Source: Moorena sp. SIO1F2 (GTDB lineage Bacteria; Cyanobacteriota; Cyanobacteriia; Cyanobacteriales; Coleofasciculaceae). From it: a stretch of DNA of 15,248 nt. A program made the translations under genes and the position numbers. The stretch covers positions 1-15,248 of the forward strand of contig NZ_JAAHFV010000136.1 of NCBI RefSeq assembly GCF_010672755.1. The letters run 5' to 3'. Under the pieces are notes generated by a model. The model was not told the origin of the DNA and did not search any database. It saw only the letters and a program-made list of their open reading frames with translations. This document shows positions 8,564-15,248 of this stretch, piece after piece; positions within the stretch are counted from its first letter, which is position 1, and each line of letters opens with the position of its first letter.

Positions 8564-8626
8564 CCTAATCTAAGGGTGCCTAATCCTTAATTCTTAATCC
8601 CTCATCCCTGATCCTTTATCCTTAAT
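8564..8626. repeat. Degenerate heptamer (TAATCCT-like) tandem repeats in the divergent intergenic region.
   Basis: cctaatctaagggtgcctaatccttaattcttaatccctcatccctgatcctttatccttaat. Confidence 0.6.
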
Positions 8627-8937
8627 GTGCCGATCAGCAGATGAAATTGCTCCCAACTCCATAAACTTGACGTAGTCATAACGAGTTTTGGTTATTTTAG
8701 CAGAACAGAAAAATAAAGGTTAGGTTAGTTTTATAGGGAGTTAATTTGCTGTCAGGTTACAAAATAGTTGATTGTTGATTAGGCTTTAGGGATAAACCAT
8801 GAACTATAGTAATCCTACATGAATCGTGAAATTTCCTGATCCGAAGTTACCTTGTAAAAAAATTCTGCTTTAATTGTGTCTGACTACTTACGACCTATAA
8901 AGGCAACTTAATAATCCAGTTCGATTAGACCAAGACT

Positions 8938-9813
8938 ATGACTACAACTGAGCGTAAAACAGAGAATAAAATGGAAGTGCCTAGGACAACTAGTGAAGTT
9001 ATTCGCATCAAACCTCAACAGTTTATTCATGTGCTAGACAACAACACCGGTGTTACCCGACTGGAGGTTGGTCCTCAAACCATTACCCTTCGCGATCACG
9101 AGCGGCTGATCTTAAAACCTGAACCGATGATTATTGTGCCGCCTCGGTATTATTGTGTGGTTGCTAATCCGTTACTCCGGGATGAAGACGGTCAACCCAT
9201 TGCTGATCAGCATGGTCAAATTCGACTGCGCTACGGTGATCTGGAAATTCGTTTCGCGCAAGATCCGTTTCCCCTTTATCCAAACGAGAAACTAGTAGGG
9301 GATGTCACCCAACTGGCAGTAGTCGAGACCAATCAAGCACTGCGTCTGAGAGCAATTCGGGATTTTACCGATACCGTTACGAGAATACTTGATGGAGAAA
9401 CCCAGACTGAAACAATTAACCGTTTAGCAGGTGATGAATGGCTATTTGAAGGACCTGGAACCTATATTCCCCGAGTGGAGGTGGAAGTAGTTGAGACAGT
9501 AACAGCTGAGGTGATTAAACCTAACCAAGCCTTACACCTGTTAGCACGGCAAAATTGCACCGATCGTCAAAGGAATAGACGTAGAGCAGGTGAAGAATGG
9601 CTCGTTAGAGAAGAAGGAGCCTATTTACCTGGTGTAGATGAAGAAGTAATTGGCATTATTAATGCTTACATTTTGACAGAACAAAAAGCATTACATCTCA
9701 AAGCTAAACGCACCTTTACTGATATTTTGGTCGTCAGCGTAAAGCTGGAGATGAATGGTTGGTCACCTTTGAAGATGCAGAAATTCATATTCCCGATGTT
9801 TATGAAGATGTAG
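8938..9813 (+). CDS. Major vault protein (MVP) homologue, N-terminal part (MVP repeat domains). Homology stays in this frame up to about 9722. A single -1 frameshift separates it from the next ORF.
   Basis: Aligns from memory with human MVP: FIHVLDNNTGVTRLEVGPQT, VPPRYYCVVANP, RLRYGDLEIRFAQDPFPLYP, GDEWLFEGPGTYIPRVEVEVVE, KALHLKAKRTFTD. After TD the sequence no longer resembles MVP. Confidence 0.85.
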   Translation: MTTTERKTENKMEVPRTTSEVIRIKPQQFIHVLDNNTGVTRLEVGPQTITLRDHERLILKPEPMIIVPPRYYCVVANPLLRDEDGQPIADQHGQIRLRYGDLEIRFAQDPFPLYPNEKLVGDVTQLAVVETNQALRLRAIRDFTDTVTRILDGETQTETINRLAGDEWLFEGPGTYIPRVEVEVVETVTAEVIKPNQALHLLARQNCTDRQRNRRRAGEEWLVREEGAYLPGVDEEVIGIINAYILTEQKALHLKAKRTFTDILVVSVKLEMNGWSPLKMQKFIFPMFMKM

Positions 9814-11576
9814 TGGGAGAAGTCACGATTACTACCCTGAGCGATCACGAATGGTGTATTGTGGTTGACCCCATTGATGAGTCTGGTAAACCTCAGCTGG
9901 GTATGCGAGAGATTCGCCAGGGGAGAACATCATTTTTCTTGCATCCCGGTGAGTCCTTGGAGAATGGTATCCAAAACATCTATGTTCTCAGTGAGCTGGA
10001 AGCACTGTTGCTTCGAGCCAAAGAAGCTTTTAATGAGGGAGAAGGTGACCAGGTCATTACTCATCAACCAGGGGATTTATGGATGATTGCTGGGCCACAA
10101 GATTATATTCCCCGTGTGGAAGTGGAAGTGGTTGAGAAGCGTCAAGCCATTCCCCTCGATAAGAATGAAGGTATCTATGTGCGTAATATTCAGACTGGTG
10201 AACTCAAGCTGGTCGGTGGTCCTCAGGCTTATATGCTCACTCCCTATGAGAAGCTTTGGGAAAAAGAACTGCCATCGGTAGTTGAGGAACTGTTGATGCA
10301 AAAAATCGACCCATTGTCTGGACGTGGTCAGCATTCTTTAGCTGGGGGCGATCAGTCGGAGGGAAAATCAGGAGTGCGCCAACGTCTATCCCAACGGGAT
10401 AAGACTAGAGCAGTTGTGTTTCATATTCCTCAAAATGCTGCTGTGCAGCTCCATGACTATAAAAACAGAACTGCCAGAACTGTATTTGGACCGGACTTGG
10501 TGATGCTCGAACCAGATGAAGCCTTTACGGTACTTTCTTTATCAGGTAGCAAGCCCAAACGACCTAATGTCATCAAATCCTTAGCCTTATTACTCGGTCC
10601 TGATTTTATGACCGATATCTTTACCGTAGAGACAGCAGACCATACCAGATTGCAGCTACAGCTGTCCTATAACTGGTACTTTGATGTGGACAGACACGAT
10701 GAACAAACTGCAGCCAGACTGTTTCAAGTACCTGATTTTGTGGGAGATACTTGTAAAGCGATCGCATCCCGAGTGCGGGGTGCTGTAGCAGGGGAAAAAT
10801 TTGATGAATTTCACCGCAATTCAGCCCGGATTATCCGACTGGCGGTGTTTGGCACTGATGAAGAAGGTCATATTCGAGATGAATTTCGTTTCCGAGCCAA
10901 TAACCTAGTAATTACCAATATTGACATTCAGTCAGTGGAGCCAGTGGATGAAGAAACCTTAAGGAGCTTGCAAAAGTCAGTGCAGCTAGCGATTCAAATT
11001 ACCACTGATGCTCAAGAAGCTGCTGCACGCCAAGATGCGGAACGGATTGAGCAAGAAGCGAAAGCCAGGTTGGAAAGGCAAGTAATTTTGGATCAAAGTG
11101 CAGCAGAAGCAGAACGCAAAAAACTTCTAGAATTACAAGCAGAAAATATAGCCATTGAGTCTACAGGTCAGGCAACAGCAGAAGCAAGAGCTAAGGCTGA
11201 AGCGGCTCAGATTCAAGGACAATTAGCAGTTAACTTGGCTCAGCAAGACGCCGAGGCGGCTCGGATTCGCAATGAAATGGAGTTAGCTCAACTCAAAGCA
11301 CGTCAGGAAGCTGAATTAGCCCATCAACAGAGTTTGAATAACCTAGAGATTGCCAAAGCTGAGCGTATGGCTCACATTAAGAGTGAAGAATACCGACAGA
11401 AAGTAGAAGCAATTGGTCCTCAAACCATTCAAGCGATCGCACAAGCAGGTCCGGAAATGCAGGCAAGACTTCTAGAAGCACTTGGTATCCAGAGTGTTTT
11501 GATTACCGATGGCAAAAATCCCATCAATCTATTTGGTGCAGCTAATGGTCTGATTACTCCCCCAACTTCTAACTAA
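9759..11576 (+). CDS. Major vault protein homologue, C-terminal part (remaining MVP repeats, shoulder, cap-helix, cap-ring). MVP homology in this frame begins at 9723, directly after a TGA at 9720-9722.
   Basis: ...GRQRKAGDEWLVTFEDAEIHIPDVYEDV, KTRAVVFHIPQNAAVQLHDYKNRTARTVFGPDLV, RPNVIKSLALLLGPDFMTDIFTVETADHTRLQLQLSYNWYFDV, VPDFVGDTCKAIASRVRGAVA and EAIGPQTIQAIAQAGPEMQARLLEALGIQSVLITDGKNPINLFG are near-identical to eukaryotic MVP from memory. Combined length is about 879 aa. Confidence 0.85.
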   Translation: MVTFEDAEIHIPDVYEDVVGEVTITTLSDHEWCIVVDPIDESGKPQLGMREIRQGRTSFFLHPGESLENGIQNIYVLSELEALLLRAKEAFNEGEGDQVITHQPGDLWMIAGPQDYIPRVEVEVVEKRQAIPLDKNEGIYVRNIQTGELKLVGGPQAYMLTPYEKLWEKELPSVVEELLMQKIDPLSGRGQHSLAGGDQSEGKSGVRQRLSQRDKTRAVVFHIPQNAAVQLHDYKNRTARTVFGPDLVMLEPDEAFTVLSLSGSKPKRPNVIKSLALLLGPDFMTDIFTVETADHTRLQLQLSYNWYFDVDRHDEQTAARLFQVPDFVGDTCKAIASRVRGAVAGEKFDEFHRNSARIIRLAVFGTDEEGHIRDEFRFRANNLVITNIDIQSVEPVDEETLRSLQKSVQLAIQITTDAQEAAARQDAERIEQEAKARLERQVILDQSAAEAERKKLLELQAENIAIESTGQATAEARAKAEAAQIQGQLAVNLAQQDAEAARIRNEMELAQLKARQEAELAHQQSLNNLEIAKAERMAHIKSEEYRQKVEAIGPQTIQAIAQAGPEMQARLLEALGIQSVLITDGKNPINLFGAANGLITPPTSN

Positions 11577-11690
11577 GTGCATCTGTGTCTGCTGCTTGCT
11601 GTGTCTGCTGCGCGCTGGCACGGCTTCCCTTATACACAGATACACGGATAACCCAACGCTATCTTACCGGTCTATCTTACCGGTCTATCT
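11577..11690. repeat. Repeat-rich convergent intergenic segment. Imperfect inverted repeat GTGCATCTGTGT / ACACAGATACAC (11577-11588 / 11634-11645). Direct 12-mer CTGTGTCTGCTG x2 (11583-11594 and 11599-11610). Tandem 13-mer TATCTTACCGGTC x2 (11660-11685), which overlaps the stop of the minus-strand small gene.
   Basis: Read directly. Confidence 0.7.
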
Positions 11691-11898
11691 GTGTCGAAGG
11701 TTGAGAGTTGAGGTGTTGCTCAACTCTGTTAATGACCCCTAGTACGAGAAACAGAGCAAATACTACAGCAACACCGATAGCAGTCCACTTGAAAAAAACT
11801 AACTTTGGCCGACCTTTAGCTGGATAACCACAACTGAGGCAAATTTCATCGTTGGTGCTGGTTAAAGAGCCACAAACGTTACACTGTTCTAAAGCCAT
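11677..11898 (-). CDS. Small zinc-ribbon membrane protein, 73 aa (CxxC-13-CxxC followed by one TM helix).
   Basis: MALEQCNVCGSLTSTNDEICLSCGYPAKGRPKLVFFKWTAIGVAVVFALFLVLGVI...; ATG start. Confidence 0.55.
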   Translation of the reverse strand: MALEQCNVCGSLTSTNDEICLSCGYPAKGRPKLVFFKWTAIGVAVVFALFLVLGVINRVEQHLNSQPSTQIDR

Positions 11899-12094
11899 AG
11901 TTCTTGGAAATCTCTACCGTCATAAGATAACTGAAAAAATTATCAGGTGGGTAGAGTACTTTGAGCCTTCGTTACCAACTCCTTGATCCCCAAGTTGCTT
12001 AGTTCAAGTGGGTAGGTTACAAAAAAATCAGGGCACAAGGGAAAACCTCCAGGTATGAAGCCTGTGACCAATTACCGATTACCCATTCCTAATC

Positions 12095-14296
12095 ATGGCC
12101 TCAGGACACAATTTAATTCTGGATCTAACCACAGTTCTAGGGGCTTCTGCTCTGGGAGGCTACCTTGCCAATCGGCTACGTCAACCTGTACTTTTAGGCT
12201 ATTTAGCCAGTGGTTTATTGGTTGGTCCGTTTGGTCTTAAACTCGTAGGCGAATTAGAACAAGTCAAATCCCTAGCTGAAATTGGGATTGTTTTTTTGTT
12301 ATTCACCTATGGGGTAGAATTTTCTCTATCCCAGCTTAAACGATTTAAAGATATTGTCCTGAAAGGTAGTTTACTGCAAATTAGTCTCACTATTACCCTA
12401 GTTGCAGTTTTAGCCAATGGACTTGGTTGGGTTGACGGATTTACTCCGGGAATAATGCTCGGATTCATCATCTCCCTTTCCTCCACCTCAGTAGTTCTTA
12501 AAACTCTGATGGAGAGAGGAGAAACCAATACCATTCATGGTCAAGTGATGCTGGCAATTTTGATTGCTCAAGACCTTAGTTTAGGTCTGATGTTAGCCGT
12601 CATCCCCGCCCTTCAGCAGCCCTCAGATATTGGCTCAGCTTTAGTTGTTGCTTTACTCAAAGCTTTGGTGTTTCTAGCTGCTGCTCTAGCCGCCGGTCGC
12701 TGGATAGTTCCCCATCTCATTAAATATATTGCCCGCACTGAAAACAGTGAGCTATTTCTGATCACAGTAATTGCCCTGTGTTTAGGGATTGCTTTGATTA
12801 CTGCTGGACTTGGTCTATCCGTTGAAATGGGAGCATTTGTGGCAGGCTTAATGATGGCTGAAATTGATTATGCTGACCAAGCAGTTGCCAAAATAATTCC
12901 CCTTAAAGATACGTTTGTATGTTTATTTTTTGCATCCATAGGAATGCTCATTGAGCCGGAAGTGCTGCTCGAAAACTTCGGCATAATCATCGGTTTAGTG
13001 ATGTTAGTCATGGGGGGCAAAGCAGCCATTATCCTACCGATTGTACTGAAATTTGGCTATTCCTTTAAAACTGCTTTTATTGCTAGTTTTGGTCTCAATC
13101 AAATTGGAGAATTTTCCTTTGTATTAGCAGTGGTTGGCTTTGAGTTAGGATTTATCACTAGGGATCAGTATCTACTCCTGGTGGGAACCACAGCCATTAC
13201 CCTAGTCCTGACACCCATGTGGCTGAGATGGTCTCCCCGAATAGCAGACCACCTGGTAAATCTGCCGTTTCTGAAAAACTACCTGCGTCAGTTTCAGGGC
13301 ACTAAAGCTTTGTCAATTCCAGAAACGATTTGTAATCATGTGGTAGTGGCTGGCTATGGACGAGTGGGGCGAGTACTGGTCAACATCCTGCGCAATCAAG
13401 GGCATCAGGTACTAGTGATTGAAAATAGCGAAGCTGCTATTCAACGATTAAGACATGAAAAAATTCCCTATATGTTTGGGGATGCTCACTCGGAACTGGT
13501 GTTAGAAAAAGCCCATCTAGAAAAAGCTAAAGCCCTAGCCATTGCTCTGCCCGATCCTGGCAGTACCCGCTTGTTGCTCAAACGTGCCCTCAAGTTTGCC
13601 CCAGGACTGGATATTGTGGCTCGTTCTCACAAAAATAGCGAAATTGACCTACTTACCCAGTTAGGGGCGCGGGAAGTAGTGCAACCAGAATTTGAGGCAG
13701 CATTGGAAATGGGAGCCCATGTGCTAGTAGCATTGGGAGAAACCCCAGGGATGATTCAGTCGGTCATCAATCGGATTCACCAAGACCGCTATTTGAGTGT
13801 ACGACCTGAACAAGCTACCTATTCAAAGCAGCAAGACATCACTGATGTTGCCCAAGAACTCCACAGTGAGTGGGTGACTTTGAGTCAAACTTCCCGTCTA
13901 GATTGGGTAACTCTGGCAGCAGCAGATATCCGTAACGTGACTGGGGTAACAGTTTTGACAATTCAACAAGGTAATGATATAGTCCACTACCCACAAGGTA
14001 AGATGACGTTGCGTTCAGGGGATCGATTGCTAGTTGTTGGGGAACCGGAAGAATTAGCAGCGTTTAGAGACTGGATCGAAAGTCGCAGTTTCCTTAGTGA
14101 GGGATCTAAGCATTGGGTAACTTTGGTAGAGAATTCAAGTTTGGTGGGTATGAAGCCAATTGATCTCCAGAATCAATACAATGTCATAGTTCAGGCGTTG
14201 CGTAGACAAGGGAAACTGTATAATCCGGTGGATGAAGCTGGAGTATTGCAGGTGGGGGATTGTGTGTTGTTGTCTGGGGAATGGGATGAGGACTGA
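12095..14296 (+). CDS. Kef-type monovalent cation:proton antiporter (CPA2 family) with a C-terminal RCK/TrkA-N domain and two TrkA-C domains, 733 aa.
   Basis: About 12 TM segments in the N-terminal half. Rossmann motif VVVAGYGRVGRVLVNIL. Two C-terminal RCK_C-like segments (...GDRLLVVGEPEELAAF..., ...GDCVLLSGEWDED). Confidence 0.85.
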   Translation: MASGHNLILDLTTVLGASALGGYLANRLRQPVLLGYLASGLLVGPFGLKLVGELEQVKSLAEIGIVFLLFTYGVEFSLSQLKRFKDIVLKGSLLQISLTITLVAVLANGLGWVDGFTPGIMLGFIISLSSTSVVLKTLMERGETNTIHGQVMLAILIAQDLSLGLMLAVIPALQQPSDIGSALVVALLKALVFLAAALAAGRWIVPHLIKYIARTENSELFLITVIALCLGIALITAGLGLSVEMGAFVAGLMMAEIDYADQAVAKIIPLKDTFVCLFFASIGMLIEPEVLLENFGIIIGLVMLVMGGKAAIILPIVLKFGYSFKTAFIASFGLNQIGEFSFVLAVVGFELGFITRDQYLLLVGTTAITLVLTPMWLRWSPRIADHLVNLPFLKNYLRQFQGTKALSIPETICNHVVVAGYGRVGRVLVNILRNQGHQVLVIENSEAAIQRLRHEKIPYMFGDAHSELVLEKAHLEKAKALAIALPDPGSTRLLLKRALKFAPGLDIVARSHKNSEIDLLTQLGAREVVQPEFEAALEMGAHVLVALGETPGMIQSVINRIHQDRYLSVRPEQATYSKQQDITDVAQELHSEWVTLSQTSRLDWVTLAAADIRNVTGVTVLTIQQGNDIVHYPQGKMTLRSGDRLLVVGEPEELAAFRDWIESRSFLSEGSKHWVTLVENSSLVGMKPIDLQNQYNVIVQALRRQGKLYNPVDEAGVLQVGDCVLLSGEWDED

Positions 14297-14326
14297 ATGA
14301 TCTGGTGCGCGAGACGATGCGATTAG

Positions 14327-14362
14327 CCCGAAGGGCTACGCTACGCGAACGCATCCTTCGAG
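14327..14362. repeat. Short dispersed repeat copy or hairpin: CGAAGG-gctACGCTACGCGAACgcat-CCTTCG. It shares the 13-mer ACGCTACGCGAAC with the in-CDS repeat at 6160-6172 and 6199-6211.
   Basis: Read directly. Begins 31 nt after the antiporter stop. Confidence 0.6.
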
Positions 14363-14769
14363 AGCCGAATCCCCCGATTTCACATAAATCCATACAGCAA
14401 GCAAATTTTTCTCAAACTAATTCTCAAACTAACTAGACACCCTTAGCAAAATACTATATACTATACAATAGTGACATTATGACAGTTGCTTCCTCAGCAA
14501 CTGGTGTTCTGGGTGTGCTTTAGGCTGAGAAGTAGGTTCGAGGCAAGATAATATAGACAGCATACCAGGCGTTTGTTTGGCATCAGGGCTAAAGTAGGTC
14601 AAAGACAGTTAGGTATAAACAAGTCCCATCAGTTCTTGGGTCTGCTTTAGGTCAATAAGTGCTTACACTTTCGTGGATCAAGGGATACTGAGTTATTAGC
14701 AACTTAAGTCCCAGCGAAGTCAGGCGAGTTTAATAGCCTTTTCTGACCAGTAAACGCAATTGAAGGATA

Positions 14770-14825
14770 ATCTAGCTCGACCCTCATGCCGAGCTAGATA
14801 AAAGTGGGCTCTCTGCTTATTTTTT
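14770..14825 (+). terminator. Perfect 10-bp stem hairpin ATCTAGCTCG-accctcatgc-CGAGCTAGAT, followed about 20 nt later by a T6 run. Candidate terminator of an unannotated transcript upstream of rplC.
   Basis: Read directly. The distance between stem and T-run is longer than in a canonical intrinsic terminator. Confidence 0.3.
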
Positions 14826-14835
14826 GAGGAGAGGT

Positions 14836-14880
14836 TTATCCACTATAAATAGTGACCAGGTTTATAATGACCAGGTTTGT
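14836..14880 (+). promoter_or_regulatory. Candidate rplC (S10 operon) promoter. TATAAT at 14863-14868 is embedded between two direct copies of TGACCAGGTTT (14853-14863 and 14868-14878). A second TATAAAT lies at 14844-14850.
   Basis: Read directly. It lies about 85 nt upstream of the rplC start. No good -35 box. Confidence 0.35.
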
Positions 14881-14952
14881 GGCACAAAGGGAATTCAGGT
14901 TTGTGAATATCCCTGCTGCCAGACTGCTGCAATGTCTACAAAGGAGAAACCC

Positions 14953-15248
14953 GTGTCTGTCGGTATCCTCGGTACCAAACTCGGTATGACCCAAGTGTTC
15001 GATGATGAAGGAAGAGCGATTCCTGTAACCATCGTCCAAGCAGGGCCATGTACTGTGACCCAAATAAAAACCAACCAGACAGATGGCTACAATGCCATTC
15101 AAATTGGTTATGACCAAGTCAAGCCTAAGGCAATTACTAAGCCTGAAATAGGACACTTGGCTAAGTCCAGCGCCCCACCCTTACGCCACCTACGTGAGTA
15201 CCGCGTGGATGATAGCAGTAAGTTTGAACTGGCTGACCCAGTTCAAAA
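14953..15248 (+). CDS. rplC: 50S ribosomal protein L3, 5' partial (runs off the window). GTG start at 14953 with AGGAG at 14942-14946. An in-frame ATG at 14932 is an alternative start.
   Basis: The GTG start gives (M)SVGILGTKLGMTQVFDDEGRAIPVTIVQAGPCTVTQIKTNQTDGYNAIQIGYDQVKPKAITKPEIGHLAKSSAPPLRHLREY, matching the canonical L3 N-terminus MSVGILGTKLGMTQIFD... The track omits it because it is edge-truncated. Confidence 0.95.
   Translation, partial: MSVGILGTKLGMTQVFDDEGRAIPVTIVQAGPCTVTQIKTNQTDGYNAIQIGYDQVKPKAITKPEIGHLAKSSAPPLRHLREYRVDDSSKFELADPVQ

Noticed and set aside
9720-9730. Programmed ribosomal frameshift in the MVP gene
   Set aside because: There is no canonical slippery heptamer (X_XXY_YYZ) and no obvious downstream stem-loop or pseudoknot. 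A 1-nt deletion or homopolymer error in a T-run explains the break more simply.
9666-10334. Small ORFs inside or antisense to the MVP gene (9666-9848 -, 9859-10086 +, 10077-10334 -, 10087-10281 +)
   Set aside because: They overlap the strongly supported MVP reading frames and are chance ORFs.
12055-12534. ORFs 12055-12240 + and 12307-12534 -
   Set aside because: They are out of frame or antisense within the Kef antiporter gene, whose frame shows clear TM and RCK features.
14184-15156. Minus-strand ORFs 14184-14393 and 14836-15156
   Set aside because: The first overlaps the antiporter 3' end and the SDR hairpin. The second is antisense to the unmistakable rplC N-terminus.
1-15248. tRNA genes and CRISPR arrays
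   Set aside because: I scanned for T-arm GGTTCGAATCC-like motifs and for regularly spaced direct repeats of 25-40 nt. Neither was found. The only regular arrays are 7-15-nt STRR/SDR-type repeats.

Overview
The window appears to come from a filamentous (Nostocales-like) cyanobacterial chromosome. Five HIP1 octamers GCGATCGC lie inside CDSs. Heptameric STRR-type tandem repeats fill several intergenic regions. A pentapeptide-repeat protein is present. The window ends with the start of rplC (ribosomal protein L3, first gene of the S10 cluster in cyanobacteria). Gene content, left to right: a minus-strand pair of hypothetical proteins; two small hypothetical ORFs; a STAS-domain anti-sigma-factor antagonist; a large fused radical-SAM protein with an in-frame repeat insertion; a pentapeptide-repeat protein; a full-length major vault protein (MVP) homologue interrupted by a single -1 frameshift in a T-run; a small zinc-ribbon membrane protein; a Kef-type antiporter with RCK domains; and the 5' end of rplC. 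One of the pair (1..1110, minus strand) has a STAND-like winged-helix region, a tandem-repeat linker and a TM helix. The MVP is strikingly eukaryote-like. The fused radical-SAM protein has the TIGR03960-like B12-binding domain joined to the TIGR03936/DUF2344-like module. No tRNA, rRNA or CRISPR array was recognised. ORFs that run off the window edges (1..1110 minus, 14953..15248 plus) are absent from the supplied ORF track; I found them by manual translation.
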